64,000 bases of DNA from Anthoceros angustus (lineage: Eukaryota > Plantae > Anthocerotophyta). Position 1 is the first letter of the stretch, and every line of letters starts with the position of its first letter. The DNA is taken from contig VJWM01000118.1 in assembly GCA_010909165.1 (NCBI GenBank), positions 248,001 to 312,000 of the forward strand. Direction: 5' to 3'. Below the pieces are notes generated by a model. That model was given only the letters and a program-made list of their open reading frames with translations. It had not been told where the DNA came from and ran no database searches. A program made the translations under genes and the position numbers. Shown here in pieces: positions 40,101 to 49,745 of this stretch.

Positions 40101-41501
40101 TTCCCATACTGGTGGTGAGGGGTCCGCTCCACGTATGGAGTCCGGAATCCTCCATCGTCCTCCTCCCGAGTCCGTTTGGTTTTTTCGACCGGCCTCCTCC
40201 TCCGCCTTGCCCGCTCCACTTCCGGAGGGCCTCCGTCCTTCCGAGCGCTCAAGCTCTCCTTCCTTGAGGAGTTGAAATGCCCCATACATGGATCGGTATG
40301 GGGCGCCCATGGCGAAGGCTTCGCCCGAGCTGAGCCTCCAAACCGGCGAAGATAATCCTTCCCACCGCCTCTTCCCCGCGCAGCTGCAGAACACTAATAG
40401 ATTATCACCAAGGTGATCCACCTTGGTGAGTAGGTTCCAGTGGACATGATCCGGGCCACCGCCACCGACTCATGTCCTGAGCATCACCCAACCCAGGTCC
40501 GTGCGTCCTGTGCCTTAGCATCGGCGTGGCGGGACCTATCTTCCCTTCGCCTTGAGGGGCTCCGCACCACCCTCTTCCTCCTTGGGCGGTTGTAGGCCGC
40601 CTCAGACCTCCAAGGTCCATCGCCTTGGGTCCTCTGAGGAGGTTCTTGGACCGCACCTCCTTGTTGACCCGCCAAGATCTTCCGGGCAAACTCCGGACCA
40701 GAGTGACATCAAGGTCCGCACCATTGGAACACATCCAAATGCCACTCCGCACCACCCCCGCTTCTGGAGCGAGCCCAAAGTCCGGATAGCGCCGGGTCAC
40801 AATGTTGCGCTCCACAAGGTTCCATGGCTCCCAAACTTCCGGGCTTTTGGGTGCCATCGCCTTCTTCTCCCTTGCTGCCGCTTGTCAAGACCGCCGGCAC
40901 GCTGAGCCTCCGCTGCTCGCCCGACCTCAACGGTGAGCCGCGCAAAGACGCCCCGAGTGTCCCACGAGATACCGCCAGAGAGCCGGATCATGGAGCGCAA
41001 GAGATCGCGAGAATTGTCTCGAGGTCAGCGAAATGACCTTCTTCCACCACCCGGAGTAACTGGTGGGAGGGCGCCTTTCCCCGTCCAGAATCGAGGTCCA
41101 TGGCTTACCGCCTTACGCTTACTGGCCTTACTCCGCCACAGACTGCCCCACGCCGGCAGCCCGCGGCGTGAATACCGCTATAACGGCTCGCAAGGTTACG
41201 GCCCGACCACTGCATGCCCGCCTCCACTGTGGTCGCCCACGTGGCGCCGCCTAGTCCGGCCTCACGCCCAACTTCTAAGTTACTTCTCGGCGTACTTATC
41301 CCGCCTCGGTCCCGGAGTGGGTCCGGCCTTACTCTCGCCGCCGCCGTAGAGGTCTAGTACGCCTCACTCCGAGTCGAGTATACTCCGGAGTGCCGTCCGA
41401 GTGCTAACTGCTTTCCTCCTTTTCGCCTCATTTTATCCTTACTCCTACACAAAAACAAATCCTACCTAATTTCTAACCCCTGTGGAAGTCCAGAGTCCAC
41501 A
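37167..41501 (-). repeat. Element C 5' LTR (~4.33 kb) with a second accessory ORF copy (~38300-41102)
   Basis: MDHLGDNLLVF (39714-40421) and EVWEPWNLVERNIVTRRYPDFG (40405-40857). Confidence 0.93.
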
Positions 41502-41506
41502 ACCGA

Positions 41507-44470
41507 CCCGAGGGAAGGTCCACCTAGTCCGGGTGACGGAGGTTTGGTAAGGAGGGCCAACTTACACGCGAGAGGAGCAGACTACCAATCCCCAACCCGC
41601 AGAGAGGGCCTATACTCAGACCTGGAGTGGCTGTGACACTCCCATTTGCCTACTGCCCCGCCACTCCGCATGTCAAGAGTGCCTCACCCACAGTGGGACA
41701 CGCGCCGAGGAGTGAGATTTTCGATGAGGTGACGCCCATCCCTGTATCTGCCAGGTTGGAAGCGCAAGAGGAAGAAGGAGGATGCATGCAAGGCATACAT
41801 AGGAGAATTCTCCTCGCGCCTGGAGGGCGGGAAAATCGAAGCTGCCGTCCTTATTCGGCGAATTTTGACGGGCTGAAGATTGGATGGCGGGCCGGGCGGT
41901 TTTAGGGTCAGAACGTGGGCAACGTATTATAACCCCTCGTGCATGGCCACGATTTTCCTTTCCTGGCCTTTGCAGCGCCATGATGAAGGCCAACCCGCTT
42001 TTTGGAATGCATGAGCCCTCGCCTCTAGCCTATGGGTTTTGTCCTGGTTTTGGGGTTTGGAAAATCCATTACATATAAGGAAGTTGATATGATCACCATT
42101 CACCATAGAGGACTGAAGGAGGAGCGACCGCCGCCTGGGGAGAGAAATCTCTGAGGAACCCATATTAATTTTTGCAGAGCAACCAACTGGGTCAAGAGAG
42201 ATAAACAATGGAGATGAAGACGCTAAATGTCCTGGAGGATTGCGAAACCTTCAAATAAGTATGGCCGCCTGCCGTGCAAAAGGAGAAGAAGAAGGAGAAG
42301 AAGAAGAAGAAGAAGAAGAAGAAGAAGGAGGCTGTGGTTTTATCTTAGCAGCAAGTCTCTTCACCGAGGAGATTTTGAGGAACCAAGTGCCCCGCCGGAG
42401 ATTCGTGACTTGAAAGTGAAATGGATGTAGAAGGCTCCTAGAGGAGCAATGGAGGAGGAGGCTCTACCAGCCGGTAGGATTGGTGGAGGTGTCGAGCGGC
42501 CAAGAAGCATTGTAAAACGATCTAGTATTCGTAAACTCCTATTGAAATGTGTCTTGAGTGATTTTTGTTTTTGGCTTAAGAGCAGGCCAAAACCAGCTGG
42601 TCAGAGAGGAAGGATATTTATACCAGAAAGTGTCCTTGACCCATGAGTTTTGGGTTGTTTCCCGGTTGAATAATAATCGGTCCTTAGATTCATGAACCCG
42701 GGATATTCCTTGGCCTTTGGTTCGGAATATCTAATAGAAAGTCTATATGGGGAGGGGGTCCCATATTTCGTGAGGTCCCAGGGCTAGAGGTCGAACCAAT
42801 CCAGAAGTTGAACCGGTGTGGTCACGATCGATCGCGGAGACTATGTTTCAAGACGGCTTAACCCACGGGCGGTCGTAAGGAAGGAGCGGTCGCGGAAGAA
42901 GAAGTGGTAGCCGCCGGTAAGCCATGGTCAGAGAGTTTCCGGGAAATATAACCCTAAGGGAACCTTTGAAGGTACGAGGCGCGGCAGCCGGGTAGCTCCG
43001 CATACCCGGCTGTGGCACGGCTCGCACGAGGTCAGTATGGTACCGTGGCGCGAAGCCCGCAGTCCTGGGAAGGAAGAACCTCAAACCCACCTGTTGGAGA
43101 TTCCGGAAAGTAGCACGCACCGAGGCGCCTGCAAGCGTGAGGGTTTTGGTGTGAGCATGGCGCCTGGCCGCAAGCCGAAATTTTTCACCGCCTACAATGG
43201 CCAAATATGGACCATTGGAGGGTCCGAGGTGGAGGATTAGGCGAGGGAGCCGACTTGGGATCATGGAAAACAAGTGAGAGTTTATTGGAGGATTTTCCGC
43301 TCAAAGAACGAGGAAGGAGGACCCATGAAATTCAGCAGCTAGAGGACTAAGGGTGCTGCACTAAATCGGAGGAGGTGGAGATACATGGGCGGTGAGTAGG
43401 GCATCCTAGAATAGAACCTTGACAGGATGCCATCCTCGACCCAAGGCTCCAATCAGAAGGATCTTTCCTGCTCACAGCTTTTAGACCTCGAAGTCTGTGG
43501 CTATGACGCCCCAAGAATTGTATAAAGGGGCCTACACAGCCCCCACATAAGATAATTCTCGTTGAGATCCCCACGCCGCCCGCTGGCCGGGTTGGAGATG
43601 TCCGACAATCTGAGTGCGGTGGTGTGCGGACGCCCCAGTAATGGTGGTCGAGAGCTTGCTCCGCCGGGCCTGAGGAGTGAAGGCGATCGAGCCGCCCGGT
43701 CCGACAAGGAGGGAAACCAAGGACTGGGGCGGGTCTCTGAGTTTGCTCGTAATGCCCACTGCGGACGGCTCTTCTCCCCTTCTTTTCCGCTTAGTTGTGT
43801 TCTCAAATTGAAGATCCGTGTGAGTGAGTGGATGCCCCAAGGTTAATCGAGAGAGAGTAAGGAGGAGAGTGCATCGAAGTTGAGATTAAGCATCAGACGT
43901 GAGCGTAGCCGAATCGGAGTGGGAAAGAAAGAGAAGAAACGAGTGAGAAGTCACTACTAATTGGTGTAAGAATGAATCTGAGCCGGAAGTCAGGCTCACA
44001 GAAAAGATGGGGAACGTGGTTCTCGGAGGAAATAAGGTGGTGGCGCCTTGTGTGTGTGTATGCATGTGTGTGGATTGAGTCAGGGAGGCCGTAGAACCCT
44101 GCTGTGAACGGCCGGTATGTATTCCGGGGTAGAATAAAATCCAGACCACTTGCAGTGGGGATGTCTCACTGGTGATCCGCGCGCCGGAGCCGAATCGGTC
44201 AGAACCAGGGGGACCCACTGTGGTCGCCTGTTACCCGGTAGTGGTGCGAGACTCACCGCGTAGTAGAACGGGAAACGAGGTTTCCGGGACTTAAAGATCC
44301 GCAGTTGGACAAGATGTGAGGTAAGTAGTTGAGTAGATAGGTGAGAGGTGTAGCAAGCCCGACGGCAAAGGTCGGTAGTGATAGAAGACAGCGCCTTGGC
44401 ACAAACCATTCCCTTGGGAGCAAATCCTGTGGACTACAACGATATTGAGGGGTGGTAATGGGAAGCCCCA
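41507..44470 (+). mobile_element. Element A segment 3 (probable ORF end, promoter and R/U5); right end approximate
   Basis: Resumes after the C TSD; TATAAAG at 43521; 44392-44460 is homologous to the terminal U5 of B (CATTCCCTTGGGA..AATCCT..GGACTA.AACGA). Terminal CCACA and TSD not recoverable. Confidence 0.6.
42281..42328. repeat. (GAA)n microsatellite
   Basis: Read directly. Confidence 0.9.
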
Positions 44471-46560
44471 CCGTGTCTCGCAGGACTCAAAAGTTTGATA
44501 ATCTATCTGGGATGGACACCAACACCCAACCGTCATCAAGTGATTGTGGTAGCGGGCGGCAGAGTATATCTGATACCACAGAGAGGCTTCGTGCCTCTAC
44601 AAGAGAGGAAGTTCATGAGTATCTGCTCCAGTCTTCATCAGGAAGGTATCCAGATTTCCGGCTGGCCGAGATACAAAGGGTGGAGGGTCTGCCGCCGCTT
44701 ACGGCGATGTGAGAGGAGATTCTACGCAAAAATGTACCAACACCTGGAAGAGAAGGAATGATAATGTGGCTACACGCCATGCCAACGCCCAAGAAGAAGT
44801 AGAGGTAGCCAAGACAATTGGTAGGGAAGTTAAGGACGATCAAAGACCCTCAATTTGGGGTGCGGTGATTGTTATAAGGCAATGAGGAGTTAAGAACCTT
44901 TAAGATTGTCACCTACTGAATCGTATAAACCCCACCCACCCGCGGATAGCTTAACCAAGCAATGCTAGGACTTGGGGATCCGGAGTTGCGTAAGAAGGGA
45001 GGAAACTCCCATAATAAAATGTCATGTCTTGCTCTCTCTCACCTGCGGTGCGCTTTGATTGTCGCAAGCGGCGTGCCAATCGCCGGGCGGGTGCATGGGT
45101 GTCTGTGAGGGTCTTGAGTTATGAAGGGTGACTGAACGTGGCAAGGGCATTGTTGGACCGCCGCCATGCCTTTTATAACCTCGCTATGAGGTGTAGCAAA
45201 CCCGAGAGTGTTTGAGCTAGAATGGCTGAGGGAGCGGGCGCTAGGAATCAAGCAAGAGGAACTCGCTTCTTGGCCACTGGTGGAAGGAAGGTCTGTATGG
45301 AGTAAAGCTGCAAATAGAAGCGCCATGAGTAAGGTCCGCCGCAGCCTAGATATCTCAAGCCTAGACCGTGAGGGCTAGAGATGAAATCTCTATGATCCGA
45401 GGCACCTGTGGCCGTGAGGGCTTGCAATGGGAGTAGGGTTTCAGCTAGGGTCAAGAGTGGAAGAGGTAGATTAGAAAAGAGAGGAGAAGAGAGAGGAGAA
45501 AAGAGTAGAAAAGAGAATCTAAGAGAAAAGAGAGAAGAGAGAAGAGGAGAAGAGATCCTCAAGAGAGAAGAGATCCCAAGGAGAGAAGAGAGAAGAGAGA
45601 AGAGACCTTTACCGAAGAGAGTAGATCATGAGAGAAGAGAGAAGAGAGAAGAGAAGAAGAGAAGAGAAATATTTCCAGACAGAGAGCTTAGAGAGAGCTA
45701 GAGAGAGTCTCTAGGTTCTCTTTGAGAGAGTTGTTAGAGAGGAGCGAGAGAGAGCGAGAGAGAGCGAGAGAGAGCGTAGAGAGAGCGAGAGAGCGAGAGA
45801 GAGCGAGAGAGAGCTAGAGAGAGCGAGAGAGAGCGAGAGAGAGGCCGAGAGAGAGCGAGAGAGAGCGAGAGAGAGCATGAGAGAGAGCGAGAGAGGATAG
45901 GGAGCAAGAGAGGAGAAGAAAGGCTTGAAGAGAGAAATTTAAAGAGAAAAGAGAAGAGAGGAGGGAAGAAAAGTGTGAGAGCAAGCTATCCTGGATGACA
46001 TTTTGATTTTAGAAGGAGGTGAAATTTCACTTAAGAGAAGTCAGGATAAGAGCTAAAGAGGAGTCTCAAATTTGTCAAGAGAAGGGTCTTAAGACAGTAG
46101 GTAGGATTTGGCGCCTGGTGGGAGGATTGTCCACATTGTAGCCACAGTAATTTAATGGTCAGCTGGCACGTAAGTGAGCTAAATGGGCGAAGCCTCTCAA
46201 GACGTAGGTCACGCCCGGCCTAGGAGTCATCTATGTAGGATAGTGAGACCTACTTAAGGGGTTTGGCTTCGTGTGCAGGCGCCAAGAGGAGGGGCAATAG
46301 TGAATACGGCCATAATCAGACTTTTAAAGATGAGGTCGCGAGGAGCTTGAGGTCGCTGAGGGCACACCCTCCATCCGCAAGCGGGAAGGCCCCCACCCTT
46401 TGTGTGAACAAACGATCGTATTTAATCGATCCCAAGAAGGATAAGGTGCCAAATACTGGGACAAGTGGGCTTAGAGGGTCGAGGGTTCCGGGGTCCCTGA
46501 ACCCTCTTTTGAGTCCACCATCCTTATGAAGTTGAAGTATCCCACCTATGAGAAGGAAAT
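44470..46560 (+). other. Garbled second copy of chromovirus gag-PR-RT interleaved with GA repeats
   Basis: Ordered islands match 8540-10300: CAGGAAGGTATCCA, CCCTCAATTTGG, GGAATCAAGCAAG, GGAGTAAAG.TGCAAATAGAAGCG, GTAGATCATGAGA, TGGATGACAT (LDDI). Confidence 0.7.
45470..45970. repeat. GA-rich low-complexity tract with a (GAGAGAGC)n-like core at ~45740-45895
   Basis: Read directly. Confidence 0.9.
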
Positions 46561-48370
46561 GATCGTCATTCATTGTCTCAAAGTATGGAGACACTATTTC
46601 TTCTGGGCTTGATCTGGCGCTTCTATATATCATATATCAAGACAACATACTTCTCTAACCAGTTGAAGTTGAATGCAAGACAAGCTAGATGGCAAGATTT
46701 CCTAGCTATGTATGATGTGACTCTCAAGTATAAACCTGGAAAAGAAAATAAGGTTGCGGATGCGCTAAGTCACAAAAAGAGTCAAGAAGTAAAGGCAATG
46801 GCAATGATGGTTGAACCTATGGACACTCACAAACAGATCAAGGAAGCATATCTGCAAGATCTATATGTTCAGCTCTAGAATAATGGAATAGAGCAAAAAG
46901 GAAGCAAGTTCAAACTAGAGGGATGAAGTTTCAAGCTGATATACAAAATGTATCGTGATTGTGATCCCAAATTCTTCGTAGTTGAAGAGCAAATTGCTTG
47001 TCCGAATCGTCCATGATGTGCCAAGTGCAAGTGCATCCGTGGAATTGACCCCACTTATGAGAAGCTAAGGAAGCTGCGATATCACGCCGAGAATGCAATG
47101 AATATTGGGCTCAGATTATGTCAAGGCATATATGCCTTGACAGCATATACAACATATATGGTCAGGATATGCCTCGGACGGTATACAACATATACGTCAG
47201 TTTTTGCTACAGATAAGGTGGGAGCAAGTTAAAACCAAGAGGTTTCATACAAATGTTCCTACTCTATTCCAAGTGTGACCATGGAAGAGTATTTCTATGG
47301 ATTTTATCATGCCTTTGCCACCCAAAGCTTGTGGTTGTACAAATTATCATGATGCTAGTGGATAGGATTCACCAACAAACACATTTCATCCCCACAAAGA
47401 AGCGAGTAACAGCCTTTTCCGGGAGGTAGCCACTTTGTTTAAGAAGTATGTATACATGGCATCATGGCTTCGCCTATGCAAGACATTGTGAGTGACAGGT
47501 GATGTGATCCAAGGCTCACAGAGAATTTGAGCAAAGAATCGATAAGAAGCTTGAATGTGAATTATGTATGAGCACGTTTTACCATCCGTGATACATCGAT
47601 GGCTCAACCGAGCGAAATAACCCGAATCCAAGAAGAATACTTAAAGGCATTATGTGCGATTGATCAGTGAGGGATTGAATCGATCATATCAGACTACGAT
47701 GCGCACTTTGTTATACAACACCGCATACGCCTCTCCGGGATGTAGTCCTTTGATGATGGGAGGAAATTCAAGCAATCGGACGTGGTATCCAAGCGCAAAT
47801 GCTGAAGTTTTCGATACACTGCTCACTATGCATCCATGCCGATTCATTGAGCAATTGAAGGCTAGGCATGAGATTGCCAAAGGAATTTTAGCCAAGGCTC
47901 AAGCACGTCAAGAAATAAACATACCGATAGCATGGAGAGAAAACTATCTTCAACGCTTGTACGATAAAAGAATGGGTGAAATTGAAAGCATTTCCCATTG
48001 CCTCAAGAATTCAACTTTCAGCTTAAGGCCAAGATATGGTGGTCCATATTGTGGTCTCAGCGTCTTGACTTGGAGAAGTGGCTTATGTTACAATTGTTCT
48101 AATACCGAAGGATTTTTGCACAATGTGTGTTTCTATGTATCACTACTAAACCATTTGTTGCCAATAAAGAGAAAGAAGACATGGATAAAGAAGAAGTACA
48201 GTTCCTTTGGCAAAGACAATCAAGAATTATGGAAATTGGTGGAATTCCTGCGAGCAGTAGCGTATCTACAAACATGGAATTATACCCCACAAGATATGGT
48301 AAAGTTGCGAGGATCTCGTGATCTAGCTTTGGGTAACGTTAGAGGATATCTTGTAAAGGATCTTGGATGA
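46560..48370 (+). pseudogene. pol: Chromovirus-like pol 3' part (RNase H and integrase), degenerate
   Basis: KYWRHY-like segment, LNARQARWQDFL..YKPGKENKVADALS, WKSISMDFIMPLP, LVDRF, IVSDR, PRYGGPY, LHNV..VSLL. Confidence 0.88.
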
Positions 48371-48556
48371 TCACCGATACGGGCTATTATCATCGAGGAT
48401 GTTGATTCTTTCCCAAAGTTGGGGAGAAAGTAAGAAGCCTCGTAATGAGAGGCATGTAGCCCTGGATCTAGTTAGTAAGTTGTAAGTAGTGGTGGTCAGA
48501 CTGAGCTTAGGGCTTAAGGAAGAAAGTCCGCTTTAGGCAGTTACTTTTGAGAATGT

Positions 48557-48965
48557 TGTAAGCCTCCCTTTGAAAGGAGATGAGGCTAGCCCTAGAAGGA
48601 GGCATCCTATGATCCTAGCATGGGGAGCTACACTCTTGCGAGGATAGGACTTTGGTGCCTGTGAGGCCTTTGGGAGCCCGTGAGTGCAGCCGCCGCAAAG
48701 GAGAGCCGCTGAGGAGGAGATCGAGGGGAGAGAGCTAAGCTCCTAGCTTTTAGGCAAAGATGGGGAGCTCTCTCTCGATCTCTCATGTATTCTTGTTGAC
48801 TCTTATTTAATAAACAGAAGCAGCCGCAAAACGTGTCAATCAAGCGAGTCGTCCTGGGTGGAAGGACTCAAGGGCTACTTGGAGTGCCTAGTACTGTGTT
48901 TGGTGATGTTTTTTGTCGCTAATCACAAGCTGGATCGCCCACCTCGCTGAAAAGGGGGTGTTAAA
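48557..48965 (+). repeat. 3' LTR of the chromovirus-like element
   Basis: TGTAAGCCTCCCTTTG...AAAAGGGGGTGTTA; first ~100 bp about 95% identical to 7442 onward. Confidence 0.9.
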
Positions 48966-49051
48966 TAAATTAGATTAAAACATTCAACATAGTTGTACCT
49001 CCCAAAATATTAAATTAAAATTTAATAAAAAACACATTACAATCGAAAGTA
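48966..49051 (+). repeat. Right copy of the 86-bp flanking direct repeat
   Basis: Matches 7359-7444. Confidence 0.9.
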
Positions 49052-49745
49052 GGTTCATAATTGGTCTAGAATAATTTTTTAATACTGCTCAAAGAGAATG
49101 CTATCTTTATAGTAGCTAAGCAAAGAAATATTATTGATTATTTTAAGTGAAACCTATTGAGTAAAACCTATAATTTTCTTTTTATAAAATAGTTTCTAAA
49201 ATATTTTCTGAATATTCCGATTGGCTTAAATGGGACCTCCTGTAACATACTCTAGTGAAAAGGATAAAAAGTGAAAATAATAAATGTAAACATAGTTTAA
49301 AGTAAAAGCTAATCATGGAAGGTTATATATACGGCTATATGTTGGGATAAGAGGTCTCAGGCTATGCACTTCCCCGGGAGTTAGGAAAACAAGTAGGGTT
49401 TGCTAGGATTGAAGGATAAATAAGGCGAAAAGGAGGAATAAATTGGGGTAGCCCGGACGAGGCTCGAGTATACTCCGACTGGAGTGAACAACGGACCCCA
49501 CCACTATGGCAAGCTCCGGACTACGCCGAGTAACGGATAAGTCCGGAACCCACCTGTGTCAAAACAGGATAAGTACGCCAGTGAAAGTAACCTAGGAGCG
49601 GAGGCGTGAGGATGACGAGGCGGCGCCACGGACGGCCCCGAGTGGAGGTCGGGCATGCGAGGAGACCGTAACGCTGAGGCCGAGCAGGGTATTCACGCCC
49701 GCGGCCGCGCGCGTAAGGCCGCAGGAAGCGAGGGTCGAGTAAGCC

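Larger units (their letters stand above)
27454..41501 (-). mobile_element. Element C: full-length Athila-like element with giant LTRs
   Basis: TGTGG...CCACA termini; TSD ACCGG (27449-27453) and ACCGA (41502-41506); two LTRs, PBS, PPT and gag-pol. Confidence 0.93.
7442..48965 (+). mobile_element. Ty3/Gypsy chromovirus-like LTR retrotransposon, disrupted by nested insertions (possibly a composite of two copies)
   Basis: Matching LTRs at both ends, iMet PBS, gag-PR-RT on the left and RH-INT on the right. The right arm repeats gag-RT in garbled form. Confidence 0.75.

Noticed and set aside
27454-41501. Hundreds of overlapping ORFs on both strands, including long antisense ORFs
   Set aside because: Expected from GC-rich, stop-poor sequence; only sense-strand fragments share motifs between subfamilies.
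42227-42430. Poly-arginine (protamine-like) ORF
   Set aside because: A translation of the (GAA)n microsatellite.
45408-45701. Glu/Arg-rich ORF
   Set aside because: Product of the GA low-complexity tract.
48240-48370. Chromodomain at the integrase C-terminus
   Set aside because: Only a weak MVKLRG resemblance in garbled sequence; not supportable.
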